Position numbers and translations under genes: made by a program. A DNA stretch of 64,000 nt from Acidimicrobiales bacterium (GTDB taxonomy: Bacteria > Actinomycetota > Acidimicrobiia > Acidimicrobiales > Aldehydirespiratoraceae), in contig OZ243946.1 in the NCBI GenBank assembly GCA_965214285.1, positions 2,017,207 through 2,081,206 of the forward strand. Reading direction: 5' to 3'. Shown here in pieces: positions 8,687 to 19,333 of this stretch. Each line of letters begins with the position of its first letter. The stretch's first letter is position 1. The notes below the pieces were generated by a model that was not told the DNA's origin, did no database searches, and was given only the letters and a program-made list of their open reading frames with translations.

Positions 8687-10579
8687 GTGCGGGGCCGACA
8701 TCGCCGCCGTTCCCGCGGGCATCGCGGCATCGGGGGATCACGCCGCGGCCCAGGCCTGCGGCGTCGCGGCTGGGGTGCGTCGCGCCGAACCAAGGCGGGT
8801 CATCCCGAGCTGAGCCACTATCGCCTGCTGGCGGTCGGTTTGGCGTTCACGCTGATCATCGGGGCCTTCGGCGTCCGTCTTCTCGATCTCCAGCTCAGCC
8901 CCGACCCTGCGCTGAGCGAGGGGTTCAGCCACCGCTACCGTCAGGACGAGCTGGTGGCGCCCCGCGGCAGGATCCTCGACCGCCGGGGCCGTTCGCTGGC
9001 CGTGTCGCTGCCGTCCCCCACGATCGTGGCCGACCCCAGGCTGGTCGCCGACCACGAGGTGGAGGCAGTGGTCGCCCAGCTCGCCCCGCTGGTGAGCACC
9101 TCGCCCGAGGTGCTCAGCGAGCGCCTCGACTGGGACAAGCAGTTCGCCTACGTGGAGCGCCAGGTCGACGCCGAGGTCGGCGAGGCCGTGATGGCGCTGG
9201 GCATCCGCGGCATCCGCATCGACTCCGAGCTGCGCCGCGAGCACCCCGTGGGGGAGTGCTCAGGGCTCGGCGTGGTCGGTCGCGTCGACGTCGACCACAA
9301 GGGCATCAGCGGCCTCGAGCTGGCCTATGACGAGTCGCTCACCGGCACCAACGGGAGGATCGTGCGCGAGGCCAGCTCCAACGGGCGCATCACCATTCCC
9401 GAGGGCCACGAGATCATCCAGCCGGCCGTGCCGGGCGAGGACCTGCGCCTGACGCTGGACCGCAACGTGCAGTTCCGCGCCGAGCACATCCTCGCAGACC
9501 ACGTCGCCGCCGCCGCAGCCGACAGCGGCATGGTGGTGATCTCGATACCGGCGACCGGCGAGGTGATCGCCGCAGCCAGCGTGACGCGCGATCCCCGCAC
9601 CGGCTTCGTGACCTGCAGCACCACCAACCACGCCCTGGTCTCCAGCTACGAGCCGGGCTCGATCATGAAGCCGATCACCATGGCGGCCGTGCTCGACGCA
9701 GGCCTGGTCATGCCCCATGAGCCCGTGAATCTGCCCGAAGAGCTGATCTACGACATCGAGGACGACGAGACCAAGTCCTACGTCGACTGGTTCGATCACA
9801 CCAAGACCCACTACAGCGCCACCGAGATCATGGTGAAGTCCTCCAACATCGGCGTCATCACCCTGGCCAATCGCCTCGGCCCGCACAGTTTCGACGACGT
9901 GCTGCACGAGTTCGGCTTCGGTGCCTCCACGGCGCTCAACTTCAGAGGCGAGAGCGCCGGGATCCTGCGCGATCTCGCGAGCAACCTCCTGGAGCTGCCC
10001 GCAGTCTCCATCGGCCAGAGCATCGCCGTCACCTCGATCCAGATGCTGCAGGCCTTCAACGTCATCGCCAACGGCGGCGTGTTCGTCGACCCAGTGCTGC
10101 TCGTCGACGACATCGGCGCCGGCGAGACCCGTCGGGTGGTCAGCGAGGAGGCCGCGGCCGACGTGATGGAGATGATGCGCGCCGTGGTGAGCGAGGGCAC
10201 CGGCAAGCTCGCCGCCGTGGACGGCTACGACGTGGCCGGCAAGACAGGCACGGCCTGGCAGCCCTGCGGCGACGACGGCGGCTATGACTGCGACGGCCTG
10301 GGCTCGCGGCACTACACCCCAGGCTTCGTGGGGATCGTGTCCAACGACGACGGCCCGGCGCTGAGCATCCTCGTGGTCATCGACAATCCCCAGGGCGGCA
10401 GCTACGGCGGAGGCGCCATTGCGGCGCCTGCGTTCGCGGAGATCGCGGCCGACGTGCTGCCCCAGCTGCAGATCCCCCCGCTGGGCGCCAGCACGGTCAG
10501 CGGACGGGTCCGCGCCCAGCCGGCTGTCGGGCTGGCAGCGCCGGCCGGCGGCGCAGGCGAGCAAGTTGCACAGCAATGA
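8687..10579 (+). CDS. ftsI: Septal peptidoglycan D,D-transpeptidase FtsI (class B PBP)
   Basis: 630 aa with an N-terminal TM segment, a PBP dimerisation region, and the SxxK (GSIMK), SxN (KSSN) and KTG (AGKTGTA) motifs. The exact start is uncertain: the GTG at 8687 has no spaced RBS. Confidence 0.9.
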   Translation: MRGRHRRRSRGHRGIGGSRRGPGLRRRGWGASRRTKAGHPELSHYRLLAVGLAFTLIIGAFGVRLLDLQLSPDPALSEGFSHRYRQDELVAPRGRILDRRGRSLAVSLPSPTIVADPRLVADHEVEAVVAQLAPLVSTSPEVLSERLDWDKQFAYVERQVDAEVGEAVMALGIRGIRIDSELRREHPVGECSGLGVVGRVDVDHKGISGLELAYDESLTGTNGRIVREASSNGRITIPEGHEIIQPAVPGEDLRLTLDRNVQFRAEHILADHVAAAAADSGMVVISIPATGEVIAAASVTRDPRTGFVTCSTTNHALVSSYEPGSIMKPITMAAVLDAGLVMPHEPVNLPEELIYDIEDDETKSYVDWFDHTKTHYSATEIMVKSSNIGVITLANRLGPHSFDDVLHEFGFGASTALNFRGESAGILRDLASNLLELPAVSIGQSIAVTSIQMLQAFNVIANGGVFVDPVLLVDDIGAGETRRVVSEEAAADVMEMMRAVVSEGTGKLAAVDGYDVAGKTGTAWQPCGDDGGYDCDGLGSRHYTPGFVGIVSNDDGPALSILVVIDNPQGGSYGGGAIAAPAFAEIAADVLPQLQIPPLGASTVSGRVRAQPAVGLAAPAGGAGEQVAQQ

Positions 10580-12045
10580 GCGCCCGCCTCGCAGACGTGG
10601 TCAGCGCCGTCGGCGGGGTCATCGCCGGCACCGGGCCAGGCGTCGCCGCGACTGCGGCCGGCAGGCCCCGAGCCGACCCTGCGTCGCTCGTGGTGAGCGA
10701 CGTGATCCACGATTCGCGCACCGCCGCCGCAGCCGATCAGGCGCTGTTCGCCTGCATCACCGGAGACCGCTTCGACGGCCACGACTTCGCCGCCCCCTCC
10801 CTGCAGGGCGGCGGGGTCGTGGCCCTGCTGACGAGCCGCCGGCTGGACCTGGGCGTGCCCGAGATCACAGTGCCGGACGTGCGGGCTGTGCTCGGCGCAG
10901 CCGCGGCGGAGGTCCACGGGCATCCCAGCCGTTCGCTGCGCGTCGTCGGCGTGACCGGCACCAACGGCAAGACCACCACGGTGCGCATCGCGGCGCGCGC
11001 GGCCGCCGAGCTGGGCCTGGCCGCCGCCGAGATCGGCACGCTAACCGGGGCGCGCACCACGCCCGAGGCGCCTGAGCTTCAGCGGTCCCTGGCAGCCGCG
11101 CGCCGCAGCGGAGCGGACCTCGTGGCCATGGAGGTGAGCAGCCACGCCCTCGATCAGCGGCGCGTGGACGGCACCCGCTTCGCTGCCGTGGGCTTCACCA
11201 ACCTGGGAGTGGACCACCTCGACCACCACGGCGACGCCGAGGCCTACTACCAGGCCAAGGCGCGCCTGTTCACCAGCGACTTCGCGCAGCGCTGCGTGAT
11301 CGACACCGGATCGGCCGCAGGGCGCAGGCTGGCCGCAGAGACCACCCTGCCCACCACGCTCATCGACCGCTCCTGCATCGAGGAGCTGCGCTTCGACGCC
11401 CGCTCGGCGAGGTTTCGCTGGCGAGGCCAGCGCGCACGGCTCGGGATCGGCGGCGCTTTCAATGTCGCCAACGCAGTGCTGGCAGCGGAACTGCTGGTCT
11501 GCGCGGGTCAGGACCCCGAACAGGTCGCCGGCGCACTGGCCTCGGTCGGGCCGATACCGGGCCGCTTCGAGGTGGTCGACGCCGACGCAGCCGACAGCGA
11601 GGTCACCGTGATCGTCGACTACGCCCACACCCCCGACGGCCTGGAGTCGCTCTTGGGGGCAGCCAGGGCTATCACCGAGGGGCGCCTGACCGTGGTGTTC
11701 GGCGCAGGCGGCGACCGCGACCGCTCCAAACGGCCCCTGATGGGCGCAGTCGCCGAGCGTCTCGCCGACCGCGTGGTGCTGACCAGCGACAACCCCCGAG
11801 GCGAGCCGCCGGCGACGATAATCGAGCAGATCAGTGCCGGGATGAGCCGGCCCCCGGACTCAGCGACAGCCGACCGGCGCCTGGCCATCCGCGACGCCAT
11901 CGCATCCGCAGGCGCAGGCGATGTGGTCGTCATCGCCGGCAAGGGCCACGAGAAGACGCAGACAACGGGCGCGGATGTGGTCGAATTCGACGACCGAGCC
12001 GTGGCTCGCGAGGAACTGCAGCGCCGACTGGGAGCTGAGCAATGA
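10576..12045 (+). CDS. murE: UDP-MurNAc-L-Ala-D-Glu:meso-DAP ligase MurE
   Basis: 489 aa with GVTGTNGKTTT, MEVSSHALDQ, DYAHTPD, GAGGDRDRSKRP and the DAP-specificity motif DNPR. The ATGA overlaps the ftsI stop codon. Confidence 0.95.
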   Translation: MSARLADVVSAVGGVIAGTGPGVAATAAGRPRADPASLVVSDVIHDSRTAAAADQALFACITGDRFDGHDFAAPSLQGGGVVALLTSRRLDLGVPEITVPDVRAVLGAAAAEVHGHPSRSLRVVGVTGTNGKTTTVRIAARAAAELGLAAAEIGTLTGARTTPEAPELQRSLAAARRSGADLVAMEVSSHALDQRRVDGTRFAAVGFTNLGVDHLDHHGDAEAYYQAKARLFTSDFAQRCVIDTGSAAGRRLAAETTLPTTLIDRSCIEELRFDARSARFRWRGQRARLGIGGAFNVANAVLAAELLVCAGQDPEQVAGALASVGPIPGRFEVVDADAADSEVTVIVDYAHTPDGLESLLGAARAITEGRLTVVFGAGGDRDRSKRPLMGAVAERLADRVVLTSDNPRGEPPATIIEQISAGMSRPPDSATADRRLAIRDAIASAGAGDVVVIAGKGHEKTQTTGADVVEFDDRAVAREELQRRLGAEQ

Positions 12046-13076
12046 CACGACTGCTGATCGCAGGGGCGATCTCGATGGTGGTCTCGCTGTTCGGCACCAA
12101 GCTGCTCATGGACACGCTCACCAGGCACCGCATCGGCCAGCCGATCCGCGACGACGGCCCCGACGGCCACAAGCTGAAGGCCGGCACCCCCACCATGGGA
12201 GGCCTGGCCATCGTGGTCGGCGCAGTGGCCGGCTACGCCATCTCGCACGTCTTCGGCGGCATCTTCACCCGCACCGGCATCTTCGTGATGCTCGCCATCG
12301 TGGGCGCCGGTGCGGTGGGCCTGATGGACGATTGGATCAAGGTCGTCGCGGCGCGCAACCTGGGCCTGTCCAAGAAGGCCAAGATGCTCGGCCTGCTGGT
12401 CGTGGCCGTCGGCTTCGCCTTCTTGATGAGCGAGTTCACCCAGGTCGAGACCACGATCTCGTTCACCCGCTTCGACAGCCCCGGCTGGGAGCTCGGGCGC
12501 ATCGCCTGGATGATCTGGGTGGTGGTGCTGATCGCCGCCACCACCAACGCCGTGAACCTCACCGACGGCCTCGACGGCCTCGCCGCAGGGGCAGGCGCCT
12601 TCGCCTTCGGCGCTTTCGTGCTGATCGGCTTCTGGCAGTTCCGCAACCCCGAGGCCTACGCCAACTCCCACGCCCTGGACCAGGCAGTCGTGGCCATCGC
12701 CATGGTCGGCGCAATCATCGGCTTCCTGTGGTGGAATGCCGCGCCCGCCCAGATCTTCATGGGCGACACCGGCTCGCTGGCCATCGGCAGCGGCCTGGCC
12801 GCGCTGGCGCTGGGCACCAACACCCATCTGCTGCTCCCGGTGATCGGCGGGCTGTTCGTGGCCGAGACCGCCTCGGTGATCGTGCAGGTGGTGGTCTTTA
12901 GGCGCTTCGGCGGCCGGCGCCTGTTCCGCATGGCGCCGGTGCACCATCATTTCGAGCTGGCCGGCTGGCCCGAGACCACTGTCATCATCCGCTTCTGGAT
13001 CATGTCGGGCCTGTGCACCGCGATGGGCCTCGGCCTGTTCTACGCAGACGCCATCCGCGAAGGGATCACCCAGTGA
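12042..13076 (+). CDS. mraY: Phospho-MurNAc-pentapeptide translocase MraY
   Basis: 344-aa polytopic membrane protein with KAGTPTMGG, NAVNLTDGLDGLA, MGDTGSLAIG and APVHHHFEL. The ATGA overlaps the murE stop codon. Confidence 0.96.
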   Translation: MTRLLIAGAISMVVSLFGTKLLMDTLTRHRIGQPIRDDGPDGHKLKAGTPTMGGLAIVVGAVAGYAISHVFGGIFTRTGIFVMLAIVGAGAVGLMDDWIKVVAARNLGLSKKAKMLGLLVVAVGFAFLMSEFTQVETTISFTRFDSPGWELGRIAWMIWVVVLIAATTNAVNLTDGLDGLAAGAGAFAFGAFVLIGFWQFRNPEAYANSHALDQAVVAIAMVGAIIGFLWWNAAPAQIFMGDTGSLAIGSGLAALALGTNTHLLLPVIGGLFVAETASVIVQVVVFRRFGGRRLFRMAPVHHHFELAGWPETTVIIRFWIMSGLCTAMGLGLFYADAIREGITQ

Positions 13077-13092
13077 GGCGGCGCGCCCGGCG

Positions 13093-14529
13093 ATGAGCCT
13101 GGACGAGCTGCTTGCAGAGTCGGCGCCTGCGCTGCTGGTGGGCCTGGGCGCAGCCAACCGCGCCGTGGCCGCCGCCCTGGTCCGCCGCGGGCATGCGGTC
13201 TCGGTGATCGACGACCGCGCCGACGACACGATCCGCGAGGCTGCCGAGTCGCTGGGAGCGGTCTTCGTCTCCGGCGCAGACAGCCCCGCGGACACCGAGG
13301 CGCTGCTGGGCGGCGTCGGCTTCGTGGTGCCCACACCGGGCCTGCCCGAGACGCATCGGGCATTCGCGGCAGCGGACCGCCTGAGGGTGCCGGTCGTCTC
13401 CGAGCTGGACCTGGCGGCGCTCTGGGACCGCCGGCCGACGCTGGCAGTGACCGGCACCAACGGCAAGACCACCGTCGTGGAGCTGGCCGTGGCGGGCCTG
13501 CGCGCCGCCGGCCGGGCCACAGCCGCGGCCGGCAACACCGACACGCCGCTGGTCGCCGCCATCGACGACGTTGGCCCGGAGCTGTTCGTGGTGGAAGCGT
13601 CGTCGTTTCGCCTGGCCCGGGCTGCGCGCTTCGCGCCGCTGGTCGGCGCCTGGCTCAACTTCGCCCCCGACCATCTCGACGTGCACCGCGATCTCGCCTC
13701 CTACGAGGCCGCCAAGGCCCGGCTCTTCGAGCTCAGCCGGGTCGCCGTCGTCGCCAACGCCGCCGACCCGGTGACCATGGCCCACGCCGAGCGAGCCGCC
13801 CGCCGCGGCCTGCAGCTCGTCAGCTTCGGCAGCGGCGGCCAGTGGTTCGAGCGCGACGGCGAGCTCTGGGGACCCGACGGGCCTTTCGCGAGCACCTCCG
13901 AGCTCTGGCGCAGCCTGCCCCACGACATCTCCGACACGCTCGCCGCGGCCGCCACGCTGGCCGTGCTCGGCGTGGAGCCCGAGGCGCTGGCGGTCGCCGC
14001 GGCCACCTTCTCGGGCCTGGCGCACCGGGTCAGCGAGGCGGGCGAGATCGACGGCGTCGCCTTCTACGACGACTCCAAGGCCACCACCCCGCATGCCACC
14101 GTGGCGGCGCTGCAGGGCTTCGAGCGGGCCGTGCTCATAGCCGGGGGGCGCAACAAGGGAATCGACCTGTCGCAACTGCGCAGCGGGTCCGCACGGATCA
14201 GCGCTGTGGTCGCCATCGGCGAGGCTGCGCCTGAGATCCGTGCGCTGTTCGAGCCGACGCATGTGGTGCGCGTCGCTGCCGACATGGCCGACGCGGTGCG
14301 CCAGGCCCACGCCCTGGCCGACGCCCGCACCCCGGTCCTGCTTTCGCCTGCGTGCGCGTCCTTCGACTGGTACTGCGGCTACGGCCAGCGCGGCGACGAC
14401 TTCGTGCGCAGCGTGGCCGACCTTGCCGCCGACCTTGCCGCCGACCCTCCCGCCGATCCTGCAGCCGGGCAGTCAGCCGAAGTCGCAGCCGAGCCTGGGG
14501 CCGAGCGTGGCGCGAAAGGCGCCCGGTGA
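13093..14529 (+). CDS. murD: UDP-MurNAc-L-Ala:D-Glu ligase MurD
   Basis: 478 aa with the Mur ligase P-loop (VTGTNGKTT), NFAPDHLD, GLAHRVSEAGEIDGVAFYDDSKATTPHA and SPACASFDWY. The C-terminal 40 aa are low-complexity. Confidence 0.93.
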   Translation: MSLDELLAESAPALLVGLGAANRAVAAALVRRGHAVSVIDDRADDTIREAAESLGAVFVSGADSPADTEALLGGVGFVVPTPGLPETHRAFAAADRLRVPVVSELDLAALWDRRPTLAVTGTNGKTTVVELAVAGLRAAGRATAAAGNTDTPLVAAIDDVGPELFVVEASSFRLARAARFAPLVGAWLNFAPDHLDVHRDLASYEAAKARLFELSRVAVVANAADPVTMAHAERAARRGLQLVSFGSGGQWFERDGELWGPDGPFASTSELWRSLPHDISDTLAAAATLAVLGVEPEALAVAAATFSGLAHRVSEAGEIDGVAFYDDSKATTPHATVAALQGFERAVLIAGGRNKGIDLSQLRSGSARISAVVAIGEAAPEIRALFEPTHVVRVAADMADAVRQAHALADARTPVLLSPACASFDWYCGYGQRGDDFVRSVADLAADLAADPPADPAAGQSAEVAAEPGAERGAKGAR

Positions 14530-15743
14530 GCGCCGGCACGCGCCCCGCCACGCGGCGCCTGCAGCCCGCGGCCCGCCGCCCGCCCCCACGGCGTGCGCTG
14601 CCCGCCGCCCGCAGGCGCCCGGCCGGACACCACAGAGGGCTCCTGGCAGCACTGCTGGCGCTGGTCCTCGGCCTGCTGTCCCTCGGCGTGGTCATGGTGC
14701 TCTCGGCGTCTGCCTCGCTGAGCATCACCACCTTCGACAGCGCCTGGAGCCTGTTCCGCGGCCAGCTGATCTGGGCTGCGGTCGGCTGCCTGGCGATGCT
14801 GCTGGCCATGTTCTGCGACTACCGGCTGCTGCGCCCGCTGGCGGTGCCGCTGACAGTCCTGGCAGCGTTGTTGATGCTGGCGGTGCAGGTCACCGGCTAC
14901 GGGCTCTCCTTCAACGGAGCGACTCGCTGGCTGGCCGTCGGGCCGCTGTCGCTGCAGCCTTCCGAGCTCGCCAAAATCGCCCTGGTGCTCTTCGTCGCCG
15001 ACCTGCTGTCGCGGCCCGAGCGCAGCATCGCGGATCACCGGGCCACGATTCGCCCTGTGCTGGTGGTCAGCGCCTTCTTCCTGGGTCTGCTGATCCTGCA
15101 GCCGCACCTGGGTGCGATCCTGGTGACTGGGGCGCTGGTCACCGTGATGATGTTCATGGCGGGCGCCTCGCTCGTTCAGCTGACCCTGATCGTCTCGGGG
15201 GGCCTGATGCTGACAGGGTTCATGGTGCTCAACGCCGGCTGGCGACGGGCACGCCTGCTGGCCTTCCTCGATCCCTGGTCCGACCCGACCGCCAGCGGCT
15301 ACCAGCAGATCCAGTCGCTGCACGCCATCACCGTGGGCGGGATCGACGGCGTGGGCCTCGGCGACAGCCGGGCCAAGTGGGGATTTCTGCCCTACGCGCA
15401 CTCCGACTTCATCTTCGCCATCATCGGCGAGGAGCTCGGCTTCATCGGCTCGCTGATCGTGGTGCTCGCCTACGGGGTGATCGCGGTCCTGGGCCTGATG
15501 GCAGCGCTGCGCGCCCCGGACCGCTTCGGCATGCTGATCGCCATCGGGATCACCACCTGGATCACCGTCCAGGCCCTGATCAACCTCGGCGGCGTGCTCG
15601 CCCTGATGCCCGTGACCGGGGTGACCCTGCCGTTCCTGTCCTTCGGCGGCTCGTCGCTGGTGGTCACCCTCGCTGCCGCCGGGGTGCTGCTCAACGTCGT
15701 CAGACAGGGCGTGCCCCCGCCGAGCATCGCGCAGCGCCGATGA
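14526..15743 (+). CDS. ftsW: Peptidoglycan glycosyltransferase FtsW (SEDS family)
   Basis: The GTG at 14526 overlaps the murD stop codon (GTGA). The roughly 405-aa polytopic protein carries LQPSELAKIALVLFVA, PHLGAILV, AHSDFIFAIIGEELGF and GVTLPFLSFGGSS. Confidence 0.9.
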   Translation: MSAGTRPATRRLQPAARRPPPRRALPAARRRPAGHHRGLLAALLALVLGLLSLGVVMVLSASASLSITTFDSAWSLFRGQLIWAAVGCLAMLLAMFCDYRLLRPLAVPLTVLAALLMLAVQVTGYGLSFNGATRWLAVGPLSLQPSELAKIALVLFVADLLSRPERSIADHRATIRPVLVVSAFFLGLLILQPHLGAILVTGALVTVMMFMAGASLVQLTLIVSGGLMLTGFMVLNAGWRRARLLAFLDPWSDPTASGYQQIQSLHAITVGGIDGVGLGDSRAKWGFLPYAHSDFIFAIIGEELGFIGSLIVVLAYGVIAVLGLMAALRAPDRFGMLIAIGITTWITVQALINLGGVLALMPVTGVTLPFLSFGGSSLVVTLAAAGVLLNVVRQGVPPPSIAQRR

Positions 15744-16939
15744 AGCCGCGTCCCAGTCGCTGTTGGGTGCTGATCGCAGGCGGCGGTACCGCCGGGCACG
15801 TCAACCCCGGCCTGGCGGTCGCAGCCGAGGTCGTCTCGCGCGGCGCGGCGGCCGACCGGCTCCACTGGGCGGGCAGCCGCCGCGGCATCGAGACCCGCCT
15901 GGTGCCCGAGGCCGGCCTGGCGCTGACCGTGCTGCCGGGCAGGGGCATCCGCCGCAGTCTCACGCCCGCCAACATCGCCGCCGCCACAGGCATCGCCGCG
16001 GCCTTCGCTGTGGCCCTGAGGCTGCTGCGCCGCCTGCGGCCTGCCGTGGTGCTGGGGCTCGGCGGCTACGCATCGGTTCCCTGCGTGGCAGCCGCCCGGG
16101 TGCTGCGCATCCCGGTGGTGGTGCTCGAGGAGAACGCCGTGCCGGGCCTCGCCAATCGCCTGGCCGGGCGCTTCGCCGCCGCCTCGGCTGTGGCCTTCGC
16201 AGACACCGCGCTGCCGCGTGCTGTCTGGACCGGCAACCCGGTGCGCCCCGAGATGCTCGCAGAACGCGCCCCGGCCAAACCGGATCCCGAGCGCGCCGTG
16301 CTGGCGGTCTTCGGAGGGTCGCTGGGTGCCCGGCGCATCAACGAGGCCCTCTTCGCCGCCCTGCCCGCCTGGCGGAGTCGCCGCGACCTCGCAGTGCGAC
16401 ATGTCTGCGGCGCCCGCGACTACCCCGACCTGGCCCAGCGCGTGCCCGTCAGCGAAGACGACGAGCTGCGCTTCGAGCTCGTGGAGTACGAAGACGACAT
16501 GGCAGGCGTGTACGCAGCGGCGGACCTGGTGCTGTGCCGTGCCGGGGCGGCGTCGGTCGCCGAGCTGGCGGTCTCGGGGGTTCCCTCGGTGCTGGTGCCG
16601 CTGCCGGGATCGCCCGGCGACCACCAGGGCGCCAACGCCCGGGCCATGGCCGCAGCAGGCGCGGCGGTGATCGTCGACGACGCCGAGCTGGACCCGCAGC
16701 GCCTGATCGCCGAAGTCGACGCCCTGCTCGGCGACCCGCAGCGCCTCGCCGCCATGGGAAGCGCCGCCACGAGCCTGGCCCGTCCCGACGCCGCCGCGGT
16801 GGTGGTGGACCTCATGTGCCGACACGCCGACCGCCCGCTGCCCACCGAGCACGAGCCTGGCGAGCCTCAGGCTGCCGCCGACGCCAGCGCCGACATCAGC
16901 GCCGAGGCCAGAGCCTCAGAGCACCAGCATGGAAGCTGA
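15740..16939 (+). CDS. murG: UDP-GlcNAc:lipid I GlcNAc transferase MurG
   Basis: The ATG at 15740 overlaps the ftsW stop codon (ATGA). Motifs are IAGGGTAGHVNPGLAVA, GGYAS, FGGSLGAR and RAGAASVAELAVSGVPSVLVPLP...DHQGANA. The protein has an acidic low-complexity C-tail. Confidence 0.93.
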   Translation: MKPRPSRCWVLIAGGGTAGHVNPGLAVAAEVVSRGAAADRLHWAGSRRGIETRLVPEAGLALTVLPGRGIRRSLTPANIAAATGIAAAFAVALRLLRRLRPAVVLGLGGYASVPCVAAARVLRIPVVVLEENAVPGLANRLAGRFAAASAVAFADTALPRAVWTGNPVRPEMLAERAPAKPDPERAVLAVFGGSLGARRINEALFAALPAWRSRRDLAVRHVCGARDYPDLAQRVPVSEDDELRFELVEYEDDMAGVYAAADLVLCRAGAASVAELAVSGVPSVLVPLPGSPGDHQGANARAMAAAGAAVIVDDAELDPQRLIAEVDALLGDPQRLAAMGSAATSLARPDAAAVVVDLMCRHADRPLPTEHEPGEPQAAADASADISAEARASEHQHGS

Positions 16940-18320
16940 CACCGTCGACCTGAGCAAGCCCCGCCGGATCCACCTGGTGGGCGCAGGCGGCGCAGGCATG
17001 GGCGCCATCGCCGCGGTGCTGCACGCCATGGGCCACACCGTGACCGGCAGCGACCTCAAGGACGGTGCCGTCGCCCAGCGGCTGCGGGTGACGGGAGTTC
17101 CCGTGGAGATCGGCCACGACCCGGCGCACGGCGCGGACGCTGATCTGGTTGCCATCAGCAGCGCCGTGCCCGAGCGCAATCCCGAGGTGGTCGCCGCCCG
17201 CGAGCGGGGCATACCCGTCCTCTGGCGCCGCGACCTGCTGCCCGCCATCGCCGCGCAGCGCCGCACGATCGTGGTGGCCGGCACCCACGGCAAGACCACC
17301 ACCGCCTCGATGCTGGCCCTGGTGCTGGTAGAGGCAGAGCTGCGCCCGTCGTTCATCATCGGCGGCGACGTCAACGAGATCGGCTCCGGCGCGGTCTGGG
17401 ACGACGGCGAGTGGTTCGTGATCGAAGGCGACGAGTCCGACCGCACCTTCCTGTCGCTCGCCGGCGAGATAGCGGTCATCACCAACGTCGAGCCCGACCA
17501 CCTCGAGACCTACGGCAACGACCCCGCCGCGCTGCACGCGGCCTTCGCCGAGTTCGCAGCCACAGCCCCGCACTGCGTGTGCTGCGCCGACGACGCCGGC
17601 GCGGCCCGCATCGCCGAGCAGGTCGGCGCCGTCACCTACGGCACCTCGCCGGGCGCCGAGTACCGCATGGTCGACGTCGACCGCGGGCAGGCCGGCATCG
17701 CATTCACGCTGCGCCGCGACGGCGACGACCTGACCCGCCTGGCGCTGCCCACCCCGGGGCTGCACAACGCCCGCAACGCCGCGGCGGCGATAGTCGCCGG
17801 GCTCGTGGCCGGCTCTCCCGCGGACGCCGCCCAGCGGGCGCTCGAGCGCTTCGGCGGGGTGGCCCGGCGCTTCGAGTTCCGCGGCGAGGTCGACGGCGTC
17901 ACCTTCGTCGACGACTACGCGCATCTGCCCAGCGAGGTCGAAGCCGCCCTCGGGGCTGCCCGCGACGGCGCCTGGGAGCGGGTCGTCTGCGTCTTCCAGC
18001 CGCACCGCTATTCGCGCACAGCCGCTTTGTGGCGCGACTTTGACCACTGCTTTGCCGCTGCCGACGAGCTGGTCGTGTCCGAGATCTACCCCGCGGGCGA
18101 GACCCCGCGGCCGGGAGTGTCGGGCAAGCTGATCGCCGACGCGGCAGCCGACGCCGATCCCTCGATGACAGTGACCTGGCTGCCTCGCCTGGAGCAGGTC
18201 GCAGACTGGCTCAGCGAAGAGCTGCGGCCCGGCGACCTCTGTCTCACCCTCGGCCCCGGCGACCTCACCGGGATAGTTGACCAGGTCATCGCCCGGCTCG
18301 CCGAGCGCAGCGGGCGATGA
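16929..18320 (+). CDS. murC: UDP-MurNAc:L-Ala ligase MurC
   Basis: 463 aa with HLVGAGGAGMGAIA, VAGTHGKTTTASM, EGDESDRTF, NVEPDHLE, DDYAHLPSE and FQPHRYSRT. Confidence 0.95.
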   Translation: MEADTVDLSKPRRIHLVGAGGAGMGAIAAVLHAMGHTVTGSDLKDGAVAQRLRVTGVPVEIGHDPAHGADADLVAISSAVPERNPEVVAARERGIPVLWRRDLLPAIAAQRRTIVVAGTHGKTTTASMLALVLVEAELRPSFIIGGDVNEIGSGAVWDDGEWFVIEGDESDRTFLSLAGEIAVITNVEPDHLETYGNDPAALHAAFAEFAATAPHCVCCADDAGAARIAEQVGAVTYGTSPGAEYRMVDVDRGQAGIAFTLRRDGDDLTRLALPTPGLHNARNAAAAIVAGLVAGSPADAAQRALERFGGVARRFEFRGEVDGVTFVDDYAHLPSEVEAALGAARDGAWERVVCVFQPHRYSRTAALWRDFDHCFAAADELVVSEIYPAGETPRPGVSGKLIADAAADADPSMTVTWLPRLEQVADWLSEELRPGDLCLTLGPGDLTGIVDQVIARLAERSGR

Positions 18321-19333
18321 CCGCCCGCGCCGCTGCCGTCGACCGGGTCGCCGACGAGCTGGCCGCCCGCCTGCCCGCAGGCCGAGTGCAGCGCGACGCG
18401 CCGCTCGGCGCCCTCACCACCTACCGGGTCGGCGGCACGGCCCGCGCCCTGGCGACCCCGCAGACACCGCAGGAGCTCGACGTCGTGGCCTCTGCTGCCG
18501 CGGGCAGCGGCATTGCCGTGCTGGTTGTCGGGCTGGGCAGCAACCTGCTGGTCGCCGACGAAGGCTTCGACGGGCTGGCCGTGATGCTGGGACGGGGATT
18601 TTGCGACATCGCCGTCGAGGGCGCCGAGGTACGCGCCGGCGGCGCCGCCAAGCTGCCCGTCGTGGCCCGCGCCAGCGTGCGTAACGGGCTGACCGGCTTC
18701 GAGTGGGCAGTCGGCGTGCCCGGCTCGGTCGGCGGTGCGGTGCGCATGAACGCAGGAGGCCATGGCGCCGAGATGGTCGACGTGCTGAGCAGCGCCGAGG
18801 TTCTGGACCTGGCCTCAGCCCGGCGCAGCCGCCGCCCGGTCGCAGAGCTCGGTCTCGGCTACCGGCGCTCGGCCCTGGGTCCTGCGGAGCTGGTGGTGTC
18901 CGCGGAGCTGACCTTGCGTCCCGGCGATGCCGAGGCCTCCGAGGCGCTGCTGGCGGAGATCGTGCAGTGGCGCCGCGACAACCAGCCCGGAGGCCAGAAC
19001 GCGGGCTCGGTGTTCGCCAATCCCGACGGCGACAGCGCCGGGCGGCTCATCGAGTCGGCCGGGCTCAAGGGCCTGCGCGTCGGCACTGCGGAGATATCGC
19101 CCAAGCACGCCAACTTCATCCAGGCCGACCCCGGCGGGCGGGCCGCGGACGTGGCCGCGCTGATGGCCGAGGTCAGACGCCGGGTCAGCGATGCCCACGG
19201 CGTGGAGCTGACCGCTGAGACGCACCTAGTCGGCTTCGGGCACGGCGTCAGCAGCCACCTCGGCGTCGGCAGCGACCTCGGCGGGGGCCTCGGCACGCAG
19301 GGACGGCCTCCGAGCGAGGGAGCGCCGTCGTGA
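18317..19333 (+). CDS. murB: UDP-N-acetylenolpyruvoylglucosamine reductase MurB
   Basis: 338 aa with LTTYRVGGTA, the FAD-binding motif VVGLGSNLLV, PGSVGGAVRMNAGGHG, GSVFANP and ISPKHANFI. The ATGA overlaps the murC stop codon. Confidence 0.93.
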   Translation: MTARAAAVDRVADELAARLPAGRVQRDAPLGALTTYRVGGTARALATPQTPQELDVVASAAAGSGIAVLVVGLGSNLLVADEGFDGLAVMLGRGFCDIAVEGAEVRAGGAAKLPVVARASVRNGLTGFEWAVGVPGSVGGAVRMNAGGHGAEMVDVLSSAEVLDLASARRSRRPVAELGLGYRRSALGPAELVVSAELTLRPGDAEASEALLAEIVQWRRDNQPGGQNAGSVFANPDGDSAGRLIESAGLKGLRVGTAEISPKHANFIQADPGGRAADVAALMAEVRRRVSDAHGVELTAETHLVGFGHGVSSHLGVGSDLGGGLGTQGRPPSEGAPS